Shown here in pieces: positions 20,154 to 29,384 of a DNA stretch of 64,000 nt. Position 1 is the stretch's first letter, and each line of letters starts with the position of its first letter. The translations under genes were made by a program, and so were the position numbers. The notes below the pieces were generated by a model. The model saw only the letters and a program-made list of their open reading frames with translations, ran no database searches and was not told the DNA's origin. This DNA comes from Candidatus Caldarchaeales archaeon (lineage in GTDB: Archaea; Thermoproteota; Nitrososphaeria_A; Caldarchaeales; Wolframiiraptoraceae), in contig JBCNVN010000002.1 in the NCBI GenBank assembly GCA_039630055.1, positions 32,001-96,000 of the forward strand. Reading direction: 5' to 3'.

Positions 20154-20271
20154 TTCACCTTCAGTTCAATTTATAACGCCGTCATATAAATATTTCAAAT
20201 CTACCCGACCATCAAGAAAAATCTAACATTAATAAGGGGTAAAAAATAATTATCATTATAAGAGTAGGATT

Positions 20272-21417
20272 ATGTCTACTGGCCTTCCCGTCGAAAAGTT
20301 GTTAGAAGAGGTTAATGGGTATTGGTTGAGGCCTGTTAAAAGCAAGACGATCGAATTGGATAACGGAAGCTCTATCATCGTAAAGTTGGAGTATCCTGAA
20401 GATTTCTTGAAGGACCCTTTAAGAACCATCAAGAGAAAACCTGCAACGATGCTTTTTGAAGACCTATTCTTTAAAGGCTTCATAAAGCAGGGTAAGATAA
20501 TTATTACCGCCTCCTCTGGAAACTTCTTGAGAGAGTTAGCATTAATTGCATTAAGACGTGGATTCAAGATCATTGGAGTAACCCCTCCAAGAATCCCATA
20601 TGAAAATCTAAGGATACTGAAAACTCTAGGAGTAAACATAATCCACATAACAGAAGAGTATGATCTATGTCCTAGAGAGACAACCGTATTCTATACAAGG
20701 TCTCTAGCTGAGAACAATAGATACATGCTTGTAAACGTTGACCAGTACATTAGCTGGCAGAATGTCATGTCTCATGTTTATACGACTTGGAGGGAGATAA
20801 AAGAGATCGGAGAGATAGATTATGCATGCATACCGCTTGGAAGCACCGGTACATTCATGGGGATATCACTTGCCTCAAGTCTAGAGAAGGAGAAGATCAA
20901 TCTTATCGGAGTCCAGCCTACAAGATACCATAATATTCCCGGTGTCCACTATATCGTTGGAGGATGTGAGTGGAGTCCAGAGATATTCTCACCTCTAATA
21001 AGCAATAGGATTGTTACAGTGGATGATGTAGATGCTTACGCTGGTTTAATAATGCTTTGGGAGAAGGGAATATACGCTGGACCATCGACCGGCATGGTGT
21101 TTATCCAAGCATTGAAATTAGCAGGAGAAATTAAGGATGGCCGAATCCTAATAATCTCACCGGACAGCATCTTCTCTTACAGAGATTATGTATTGAACAT
21201 CTTGAAAGAGATACAAGCTCAGATCTTCTCAAGGTATCCACATCTAAGAGAACCCTATCTGAGATATGTTGAGTGGCTTAGGAGACTTCCAGAGATAGAG
21301 GAGAGAGTCGAACATATAAGGAAGGTATATGGAACAGGTGAAGAGGGCAGGTTATATAGATTCGATGATGTTGGAGATTTGTTAGAGAATATTAAGACGC
21401 TGTATACTATTACATGA
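20272..21417 (+). CDS. Divergent PLP-dependent cysteine synthase family (fold type II) enzyme
   Basis: IVKLE...RTIKRK (PLP Lys), ASSGNF, LGSTGT, HNIPGV, GIYAGPSTG, ISPDS. Confidence 0.8.
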   Translation: MSTGLPVEKLLEEVNGYWLRPVKSKTIELDNGSSIIVKLEYPEDFLKDPLRTIKRKPATMLFEDLFFKGFIKQGKIIITASSGNFLRELALIALRRGFKIIGVTPPRIPYENLRILKTLGVNIIHITEEYDLCPRETTVFYTRSLAENNRYMLVNVDQYISWQNVMSHVYTTWREIKEIGEIDYACIPLGSTGTFMGISLASSLEKEKINLIGVQPTRYHNIPGVHYIVGGCEWSPEIFSPLISNRIVTVDDVDAYAGLIMLWEKGIYAGPSTGMVFIQALKLAGEIKDGRILIISPDSIFSYRDYVLNILKEIQAQIFSRYPHLREPYLRYVEWLRRLPEIEERVEHIRKVYGTGEEGRLYRFDDVGDLLENIKTLYTIT

Positions 21418-21508
21418 TATTTAAAAATATTGTTGGTATGGTTGAAATGGTTAAGCGGAAAGCTTATTAGAGAGAACATTCCATGAAAATTCAAGTAAGG
21501 GGGGTAAA

Positions 21509-22750
21509 TCGGAACTCAGCAAAGAGATATGTTTAAAATGTAGAGATTGTGGTGTTGAGTATCCTCCTACAATTCAGTACGTCTGTCCAAGATGTTTCGG
21601 TGCATTAGATGTAGTCTATAAAGACTTGGATAAAATAGATCTTAATCCTGAAAAGATCTCTAAGAGAGGAAGAGATCTCTGGAGATATATTGAACTATTA
21701 CCAATTAAGGATCCTTTAAACATAGTATCACTTGGCGCTGGATTCACATCTCTAATCAAGTCAAGTAAACTCTCCAAGTCGATAAACTTGAAAAAACTAT
21801 ACTTGAAAGAAGATATTACAAATCCAACCCATTCTTTCAAAGATAGAGCTGCGAGCGTTGCAGTATCGAAAGCCTTAGAGTTTAAGCTAAATGCAGTAGG
21901 ATGCGCATCTACGGGAAATCTAGCAGCAGCTACAGCTGCTCATGCTGCAAGAGCTGGACTACCATGCTATATCTTTGCTCCAGTAGGAGTTGAGAGGGAG
22001 AAGCTATCCCATGCATCATCTTATGGAGCGAGAATAGTATTGGTGGAGGGAACCTATGATGAGGCCAACTGGATTGCTTCTAGATTTGCCGAAGAAGGAA
22101 ATGTAGGTATAGTAAATGTTAACATTAGACCATACTATGTTGAGGGATCTAAAACTTTAGCATTCGAGATATGTGAACAGCTTGGATGGAGAGCTCCAGA
22201 ACATATAATAATTCCTATGGCAAGTGGTGCTCTCCTGAACGCTGTATACAAAGGTATAAGTGAGCTGAAGAACATAGGATTGATAGATGGAGATGTAAAG
22301 ATTTCTGGTGTCCAGCCTGAAGGCTGCTCTCCAATAATTACAGCATACAAAGAGAATAGAGACTACATTAAACCGGTACGAGATATAAATACTATAGCGG
22401 TTAGTTTAGCTATTGGAAACCCTGGAGATGGGGTATATGCTTTAAGGACTATACGTAGAACTGGAGGTACAGCGGTTTCAGTTACCGACCGAGAGATACT
22501 TGAGGCGATTAGAGACCTTGCTCGGCTGGAGGGATTGTTCATCGAGCCTGGTGGAGCTGTAACGATAGCAGGACTTAAAAAGATGGTGGATGAAGGTATC
22601 GTAGATAGGGATGAAGAGGTGGTCTGTCTACTGACTGGTAGCGGTCTAAAGACTCCTCACATAATTCAGGAACAAGTTCTCCAGCCTATAGTTATAAAAC
22701 CATCTCATACCGAGCTTGTAAAGATTCTAGAGGTTGAGAAGGTTGCCTAG
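21509..22750 (+). CDS. Threonine synthase-like PLP enzyme with N-terminal zinc ribbon (start uncertain; first canonical start TTG 21626)
   Basis: NPTHSFKDR, CASTGNLA, RPYYVEGSKT, PMASG, LLTGSGLK; the upstream frame is open and encodes LKCRDCG...CPRCFGALDV. Confidence 0.85.
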   Translation, partial: SELSKEICLKCRDCGVEYPPTIQYVCPRCFGALDVVYKDLDKIDLNPEKISKRGRDLWRYIELLPIKDPLNIVSLGAGFTSLIKSSKLSKSINLKKLYLKEDITNPTHSFKDRAASVAVSKALEFKLNAVGCASTGNLAAATAAHAARAGLPCYIFAPVGVEREKLSHASSYGARIVLVEGTYDEANWIASRFAEEGNVGIVNVNIRPYYVEGSKTLAFEICEQLGWRAPEHIIIPMASGALLNAVYKGISELKNIGLIDGDVKISGVQPEGCSPIITAYKENRDYIKPVRDINTIAVSLAIGNPGDGVYALRTIRRTGGTAVSVTDREILEAIRDLARLEGLFIEPGGAVTIAGLKKMVDEGIVDRDEEVVCLLTGSGLKTPHIIQEQVLQPIVIKPSHTELVKILEVEKVA

Positions 22751-23015
22751 AGTGAGATTGGTTCTTCCATCGATAATAGCTGGTGGAGGAGATAAAGTTC
22801 GCGAGATTGAAGCATCAACATTAAAAGATATAGTAGAATATCTCTGCAATCTGAAACCTGAAGTAAGAGATAGAATAATCTCACCTGATGGAGAACTCAA
22901 TAGATCTTTCAACTTCTATGTAAATGGTGTAAATGCATACTTTATTAAAGGGGTAGATACTGAACTTAAGGATGGTGATGAGGTCTCAGTTATACCTGCT
23001 CTAGGAGGTGGATAG
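22734..23015 (+). CDS. MoaD/ThiS/SAMP ubiquitin-like sulfur carrier
   Basis: YVNG...ELKDGDEVSVIPALGGG with C-terminal Gly-Gly. Confidence 0.93.
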   Translation: MRRLPRVRLVLPSIIAGGGDKVREIEASTLKDIVEYLCNLKPEVRDRIISPDGELNRSFNFYVNGVNAYFIKGVDTELKDGDEVSVIPALGGG

Positions 23016-24096
23016 AGGAATGGTTGAAGAATTTACAGATGAAGAGTTCGAGATGTACTCTAGACAGATCGTCTTGAACGATATCGGATATAAAGGTCAG
23101 GAGAGGTTGAAGAAAGGTAAAGTAGCAGTGGTAGGGGTGGGCGGGCTCGGATGTCCAGCCGCAACACTCTTAGCCGCCATGGGAGTAGGATACATAAGAT
23201 TGATAGATAGAGATATTGTAGAGAGATCGAATCTCCACAGACAACATCTGTATACATATAAAGACATTGGATACCCAAAAGTCGAGATAGCTGCTAAGAG
23301 ACTTAAAGAACTAAATCCATATATTGAGATCGATCCACTACCTGTATCGATAGATGAATCTACCGCAATAGATGTATTAAGAGATGTGGATGTAGTGGTG
23401 GATGGGTTGGATAGTTTTAAAGCTAGGAGAGCAGTCAATAATGCTTGTTATAAGTTATCGATACCATATGTTTATGCGTCAGCTATAGAGACCTATGGAG
23501 CTATTATGACCATAGTCCCTGAGAAAGGACCTTGTCTAGAATGTTTGTTCCCAAATGTATCTGATTCAGAGCTGCCCACGTGTGCTATAGTAGGAGTCCA
23601 TCCTTCAGTGCTCCAGATACTATCTGGGATAGAAGTATACGAGGCGGTCAACATCTTAACCGGTAAGACTCCACATCTACTTGGAAAGCTACTCCTATAC
23701 GATCTAGTCGATCTATCTTCAAGCCTTATAGATGTAGCCAAGTCGAGACATTGTCCAGTATGTGGAGGGTTAGGATTAGAGAAAGAAGAAGTAGAGTATC
23801 CTGTTGTTGAAGAAGTCTGTGCGAGAGAAGGATTACCAACATATATCATCAATCCTGGAGGGATTAAATCATTAGATCTAGAAGATGTAGTTAATAGATT
23901 GAATGATCCAAGCTATAAGTTGGTTACAAGCAGTAGACTTGGGATCACTTTACAGATAGATCGTAAGGTTAAGCTTAGTCTTCTAAAAACAGGTATAGCA
24001 GTGATAGAAGGGGTGAGATCTAGAGAGGAGGCTCTCAAGATATATAAGAGTATAATGGAAAGAATTATAAATAAAGAAGCCCTGCCTATTCTATGA
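23008..24096 (+). CDS. moeB: ThiF/MoeB (E1-like) adenylyltransferase with C-terminal extension
   Basis: YSRQI, GVGGLG, DRDIVERSNLHRQ, PCLECLF, PTCAIVG, CPVCG. Confidence 0.9.
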   Translation: MDRGMVEEFTDEEFEMYSRQIVLNDIGYKGQERLKKGKVAVVGVGGLGCPAATLLAAMGVGYIRLIDRDIVERSNLHRQHLYTYKDIGYPKVEIAAKRLKELNPYIEIDPLPVSIDESTAIDVLRDVDVVVDGLDSFKARRAVNNACYKLSIPYVYASAIETYGAIMTIVPEKGPCLECLFPNVSDSELPTCAIVGVHPSVLQILSGIEVYEAVNILTGKTPHLLGKLLLYDLVDLSSSLIDVAKSRHCPVCGGLGLEKEEVEYPVVEEVCAREGLPTYIINPGGIKSLDLEDVVNRLNDPSYKLVTSSRLGITLQIDRKVKLSLLKTGIAVIEGVRSREEALKIYKSIMERIINKEALPIL

Positions 24097-25904
24097 CGGT
24101 TATGTACTGTTATACGGGTAGAGCCTTAAGAATAAATCTAACCACTAACAGTTACAGGATTGAAGAAGCTAGAAAAGACTTTATCGATAGATATATAGGT
24201 GGTAAAGGGCTAGGAATTAGATACCTGTTAGAAGAAGTCCCGCCAAGGATAGATCCCCTATCACCTGAAAACAAGATAATAATCGCTACGGGTCCTCTTA
24301 CCGGTACCATCGCACCTCTCTCTGGAAGATTTCCTATAGTAACCAAGTCTCCCTTGAGTAACACGGTATGCGATAGTTATAGTGGGTCATTTTTCGCTGT
24401 AAGAATGAAGTATGCTGGATACGATCTACTCATCGTTGAGGGTAGAGCGAATAATCCTGTATACGTTGAGGTTACAGAGAATGGGGCAGAGATAAGAGAT
24501 GCATCCCATCTATGGGGTCTCGGAACTCTAGAGACATCTAAAACTCTTAAAGAAGAGTTGAGAGATGAACATGCAAGTGTCTTGACTATCGGTCCTGCTG
24601 GAGAGAATCTTGTAAGATTTGCATGTGTTGTTGATAGTGGGTTATGGGTTCATGGTAGAGGTGGGGTTGGAGCAGTATTCGGCTCAAAGAAATTGAAAGC
24701 TTTAGCTATCAAGAACTATAAGGGAGAGGTTAAACTATATGACCCCGATAGTTTTAAGAATACTGTAGTCGAATTAACTAGGAGTAGGGTCAAGACAGCT
24801 GAGAATCTATGGGCTCAGACAGACGGTACACCTATAATAATCGACCTATCACATAATGCAGGCGTCCTACCATCATACGGTTTTAGATCAGGTTCATTCG
24901 AATACCATGACAAGATCAATACTGAGAGAGTAAAAGAGGCCACAGCTAAGAAGTATGCTTGCCCATACTGTCCACTAGCATGTAAGAGAATACTCAAATT
25001 CGATAATAGATTGGTAAAATCTCCTGAGTATGAGACTCTTAGCATGATGGGGTCAAATCTAGGAATAAGAAATCTTAAAGATATCTCTGATGCTGCTGAG
25101 GTTGCAACAGATTTAGGAATGGATACGATATCTCTAGGAAGCGTCCTCGGATTTATAGTAACAATCTATGAGAAGAAACTGTTATCTGAAAAAGATCTGA
25201 ATGGCCTGAAGCCTTCATGGGACAATCTAGACTATATTATTGGGATGAGCAAGATGATAGCATATAGAAAAGCTATCGGTGACATAATGGCTGAAGGATT
25301 AAAGAGGGCTGTTCAAAAGATTGGGGGAGAAGCTGAGAAGGAGAGGCTAGATGTAAAAGGACTAGAGCTTCCAGCATATGATCCTAGAGGAACCTATGGA
25401 ATGGCCCTCGCTTACGCAACCGCAGATAGGGGTGGATGCCATCTAAGAGCATGGGCGGTTGCAAACGATGCATTCGGAGAGATGGATCCATACAGCTTCA
25501 CTGGGAAAGCGAAGCTCGTTAAAGATCTTCAAGACTTGAATAGTATAAAGTGGTCTCTAATAATATGTGATTTCTGGTTATCTAGTTATGAGGATATGAG
25601 TAGACTTTTGAAGCCTGCTCTCGGCAGAGATTATAGCATTGAAGAGCTCAGGCTTATTGGTGAGAGAATCTGGAATCTTACTAGATTATTCAATCAGAGA
25701 GAAGGTTTTAGGAGGGTAGACGATAATCTACCTTCTAAGATGTTTGATCAACCTCTAAAAGGTGGGAAGACAGATGGAAGAGTAGTTTTGAAGAATGAGT
25801 TTGAAGATTCTCTTACCGAGTATTATAGACTACGAGGATGGGATGAAGAGACTGGCACCGTCAAAGAAGAAACATTGAAGAGAGTAGGTTTAGATGTATC
25901 TTAG
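24093..25904 (+). CDS. aor: Aldehyde:ferredoxin oxidoreductase family (W/Mo-pterin)
   Basis: YIGGKGLG, GRGGVGAVFGSKKLKA, CPYCPLAC, PEYETL, DLGMDTIS, RGGCHL, YYRLRGWD. Confidence 0.93.
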   Translation: MTVMYCYTGRALRINLTTNSYRIEEARKDFIDRYIGGKGLGIRYLLEEVPPRIDPLSPENKIIIATGPLTGTIAPLSGRFPIVTKSPLSNTVCDSYSGSFFAVRMKYAGYDLLIVEGRANNPVYVEVTENGAEIRDASHLWGLGTLETSKTLKEELRDEHASVLTIGPAGENLVRFACVVDSGLWVHGRGGVGAVFGSKKLKALAIKNYKGEVKLYDPDSFKNTVVELTRSRVKTAENLWAQTDGTPIIIDLSHNAGVLPSYGFRSGSFEYHDKINTERVKEATAKKYACPYCPLACKRILKFDNRLVKSPEYETLSMMGSNLGIRNLKDISDAAEVATDLGMDTISLGSVLGFIVTIYEKKLLSEKDLNGLKPSWDNLDYIIGMSKMIAYRKAIGDIMAEGLKRAVQKIGGEAEKERLDVKGLELPAYDPRGTYGMALAYATADRGGCHLRAWAVANDAFGEMDPYSFTGKAKLVKDLQDLNSIKWSLIICDFWLSSYEDMSRLLKPALGRDYSIEELRLIGERIWNLTRLFNQREGFRRVDDNLPSKMFDQPLKGGKTDGRVVLKNEFEDSLTEYYRLRGWDEETGTVKEETLKRVGLDVS

Positions 25905-27013
25905 ATTTCTGACTCTGAAATATTCATCCTCGCAACATTGAGGCTTCCACCTACGCTTGGAGATACATATATTTTATCTGGAAATCTTATAGCCAGGCTA
26001 TTGAATACATCATGAATCATAGATAAGTTTGCATATTGTCTCTTCTCAACGAGCAGTAGTGATGTAATCTTCTCCAAGTAATCTAATCTTATCTGGCTAA
26101 GCCCACATCTCTCAAGTCTTGAATAAGCCTCGATCAAAGTCTTCGAGATCTCATATCTTCCAGCATTCTTCAGATAGCCAAACATTATCTTCGATATCTC
26201 TTCAAAGAGATATTCCTCAAATTTATGTTGACTAATCTTAGAGATCTTCATGATCTTATCTACATATCGTAGTATTTGTTCATGTATAGAATATTTTCCT
26301 CTACCATCTCTTCTTAGTAGCCCTATATCGACAAGCCATTCAAGTCTAGGGGGTGCGATATGCCTATACTTTGAATACAAGCTAGTTCTTATCCACTCGG
26401 TCTTGTCAACTATTGACGTTCTCTTCTCTCTAAACTTCTCAGCCTCAACTATCTCTGACTCTATATTCTTTCTCCTAGATTCTGGAAGAGTATTAAGGAT
26501 CTTCTTAAGAGAGGCGGGATATATCTCTTCCATTATATAGTTCATAGCTTCTTGCCTTGTAAATCTCTCTTTCTCCACTGCCCAGGCTATTATCAACTGT
26601 ATAAATGGATAATCTGATGTTGAGATGATCCAGAGAAAGTATAGCTTTTCAGCATCTGATAGGTTTATCAAATCTCTTAAAGAGGGTGGAGTTCTACCTT
26701 CAACAAATTCTCTGATATTCTCACTAGAATTGAGAACTAGATAGATCTTTCCAAACAATCCTAGTTTCTGTATCTTCCGATCAATAATACCCATCTCACC
26801 GGCGAGTGTTACATAGTTCCTAGCATTCACCGGCCGTGTGATTAACCCTATCATACTCTGTGTGGAAGATCTCAGATCTCCGACATCCCTAACTACTTCA
26901 TAAAGTATGCTGGAGATGAAGTCGAGGCTTCTAGGTTCTTCATCCTCCATTATACATGGTATTATTCTAAGGTAGCCAAGTCTACACGTATCACCATGAG
27001 TTTCAAGTATCAT
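25901..27013 (-). CDS. Hypothetical protein with probable winged-helix elements, coupled to the methyltransferase
   Basis: 370-aa ORF; ATGA overlap with the MTase; PRLEWLVDIGLLRRDGRGKYSI resembles a wHTH recognition helix and wing. Confidence 0.6.
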   Translation of the reverse strand: MILETHGDTCRLGYLRIIPCIMEDEEPRSLDFISSILYEVVRDVGDLRSSTQSMIGLITRPVNARNYVTLAGEMGIIDRKIQKLGLFGKIYLVLNSSENIREFVEGRTPPSLRDLINLSDAEKLYFLWIISTSDYPFIQLIIAWAVEKERFTRQEAMNYIMEEIYPASLKKILNTLPESRRKNIESEIVEAEKFREKRTSIVDKTEWIRTSLYSKYRHIAPPRLEWLVDIGLLRRDGRGKYSIHEQILRYVDKIMKISKISQHKFEEYLFEEISKIMFGYLKNAGRYEISKTLIEAYSRLERCGLSQIRLDYLEKITSLLLVEKRQYANLSMIHDVFNSLAIRFPDKIYVSPSVGGSLNVARMNISESEI

Positions 27014-28233
27014 GAGGCTATCACTTCTTCAATATCTCTTATCAGCGATGTTGGTTTTGCGATACTCCAATCAATCCGAACATTATAAGGGGTGAAGTCA
27101 CCCTTGCTGAGAACTAGTATTACCTCTCTGCTTACACCTTGCTCCTCATCCAAATACCAGAGATATTTATTGGATTTGGGAACACCATCAGAGATCACGA
27201 ACTTGATATCGAAACCTATCTCCTCTGCTATAGGACCTACCTCCTCAGCCATGTTCACGATTCTTTCTCCTAGCTTGACTGTGCCTAGAACTATTATCGC
27301 AGCTTTATCCCATCTTAATACTCTAAATATCTCTCGTAAACACTCTCTAATGAAGATCTTGAACTTTTTTAGAGAGTTGGTTTGGAAGAGCTTCTCTCTT
27401 ACTTCTTCATACCTATACCCTAGAAACCATAATCTTAACCAGTTATCCCAAGCATATGTCTGCATATTGAAGTATGGTGGAGAGGTAATAACTAGGTCTA
27501 CACTCTCATCATCAATCGGTATATTTCTAGCATCAACCATGAATGCTTTTCCATTAACTGCTGGTATACCATCTCTGAGAACTCTCTCAGCCTTTATTTT
27601 CAAACATTTCAATACATCTCTATTTGGTTTCCTTATACCATTCTTCTTTATGTATTGTTTAACATAGTTTGGAGACATGGAGAATGAGTGTGAACTCTTT
27701 ATGCTTAGATGGATCTTGGAGGGGCCATGTAGTATGCCGAGTGTCAATGCCTTCAAGAAATAGGATAGATCTTTATCTTCCTCTTCTAGTCTATCTAATA
27801 GGTCTCTAACCGCCAGTATCTGCCTCAATGTATAGTCGCTATAGAATACTCTTACATTCTCGTCTACTTTATCTACATCATATTCTATGGGATTTATTCT
27901 AGACTTAGCCCATTCAATCCACTCTAATACTCTGCGAATTCTAACTGGTCTAACTTTAGCTCTCGTCAAAACATGTGCTTCAGGTGCTAAATCATTTCCC
28001 AATCCCACTCTATCGTTTAGACATGCTTCTAATGGGGCCGTACCTTTACCACTGAAAGGATCTAGAACTATGTCTCCAGGTCTAGAATACTTGATTATAA
28101 AGTAGTAGGCGAGTGCAGGGGGGAATGAACCTGTTCTAGAGCAGATTCTATGCAGGCTAATTCCCCATCCATTCTCTGCATACTTCCAGGAATCACATAT
28201 TCTGTAGCTTTGAATATATCTGATCCGCTTCAA
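27010..28233 (-). CDS. Amino (N4-C/N6-A) DNA methyltransferase, motif I before motif IV
   Basis: VLDPFSGKGT (SAM binding) and VITSPPY (catalytic; SPPY is typical of m4C enzymes). Confidence 0.85.
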   Translation of the reverse strand: MKRIRYIQSYRICDSWKYAENGWGISLHRICSRTGSFPPALAYYFIIKYSRPGDIVLDPFSGKGTAPLEACLNDRVGLGNDLAPEAHVLTRAKVRPVRIRRVLEWIEWAKSRINPIEYDVDKVDENVRVFYSDYTLRQILAVRDLLDRLEEEDKDLSYFLKALTLGILHGPSKIHLSIKSSHSFSMSPNYVKQYIKKNGIRKPNRDVLKCLKIKAERVLRDGIPAVNGKAFMVDARNIPIDDESVDLVITSPPYFNMQTYAWDNWLRLWFLGYRYEEVREKLFQTNSLKKFKIFIRECLREIFRVLRWDKAAIIVLGTVKLGERIVNMAEEVGPIAEEIGFDIKFVISDGVPKSNKYLWYLDEEQGVSREVILVLSKGDFTPYNVRIDWSIAKPTSLIRDIEEVIAS

Positions 28234-28670
28234 TGCGAATTGGGTTCTAACAACAATAGTTTTAATCGTTAGTTTTTCTAAGAGTTAAAATAATTTGTCT
28301 AATAAGTTTCTAGTATAAACATGAGAGTATGGAAAACTCAGATTGGAAATTCTCGAGGATTAGATGTGGTGCAACATACATCTGTTAAATCAACTTTATA
28401 GATGTTCAAGTCTTCACAGATTAGATTATTATCGATGGTTTTAATCGAGATACTAGCATCTGCTCAGGTTATGTATCCACAGAATACATTCACCCCTATG
28501 TAACTATTCTCGATTATTATCCTACCAAAACATGAAATTTCTCGAGAGATAGAATAGAATTCTTCAAGAAAAAAATTCTGTAACCACCTATATCATGTTA
28601 GGATAAGAGATATAATGATGACTATTGATATAATCCTGAGTATTACTGGGAATGTTTAATTACTACTTAT

Positions 28671-29276
28671 ATGAATCTTCATATTGTTCAATGGGTGTTC
28701 GGCTTGGGAGAGATAGTATTCGAACAATATACTGGTCAAGAGTATTATGAGTTGAATATTCAAGGGTTTAAGAGAAGATTGCCCATGGTTCAAGTTGATG
28801 AAGATCTATGGATCGCATACTTTGATAGTCTTGGCGATAGAGAGTTTATAAGCCATTGCGCCAACATACTCATAAACTATCTCAAAGATGTAGATGTCTT
28901 GATGACTGCTGAGAGTAAAGGCATAGCGTTGGTTCATGAAATCTCTCAGAGACTGGGACATCCATATTATATAGTATGTAGGAAAGAGGTGAAGCCTTTC
29001 ATGAAGGATCCCATTGTGGTAAAGTATAAGCCTATAACCAGCAAGCAAGAGCTGGTCCTCTGTATAGATGGAAGATATAGAGATAGGATAAGAGGGAAAA
29101 AGGTTGGGATAGTTGATGATATAGTAAGTACTGGTGAAACCATAAAGGGTATGAAGACTATAGTTGAAAAAGCTGGGGGCATAGTTGTGAAGACTGTCGC
29201 TATTCTCGTAGAAGGAGAGTATAGAAGAGATGTACAACATCTGGGGATACTACCGCTATTTAAAAAGGGAAAATAA
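28671..29276 (+). CDS. Type I purine phosphoribosyltransferase (APRT-like); start may be downstream
   Basis: AESKGI, VCRK, VGIVDDIVSTGET PRPP-binding motif. Confidence 0.85.
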   Translation: MNLHIVQWVFGLGEIVFEQYTGQEYYELNIQGFKRRLPMVQVDEDLWIAYFDSLGDREFISHCANILINYLKDVDVLMTAESKGIALVHEISQRLGHPYYIVCRKEVKPFMKDPIVVKYKPITSKQELVLCIDGRYRDRIRGKKVGIVDDIVSTGETIKGMKTIVEKAGGIVVKTVAILVEGEYRRDVQHLGILPLFKKGK

Positions 29277-29384
29277 TGTTTAGACCATGATATAAAAAAC
29301 AGCAATGTCAGACAAGCATTACACTCGTACAGGATAAGGCTTAGAGGGAAACCATACCTTAGAGATTAAGCCTTAAAGTAAATC

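Noticed and set aside
28321-28401. 26-aa ORF MRVWKTQIGNSRGL... resembling an AbrB/MazE N-terminus
   Set aside because: Similarity is limited to about 6 residues, with no continuation and no toxin partner
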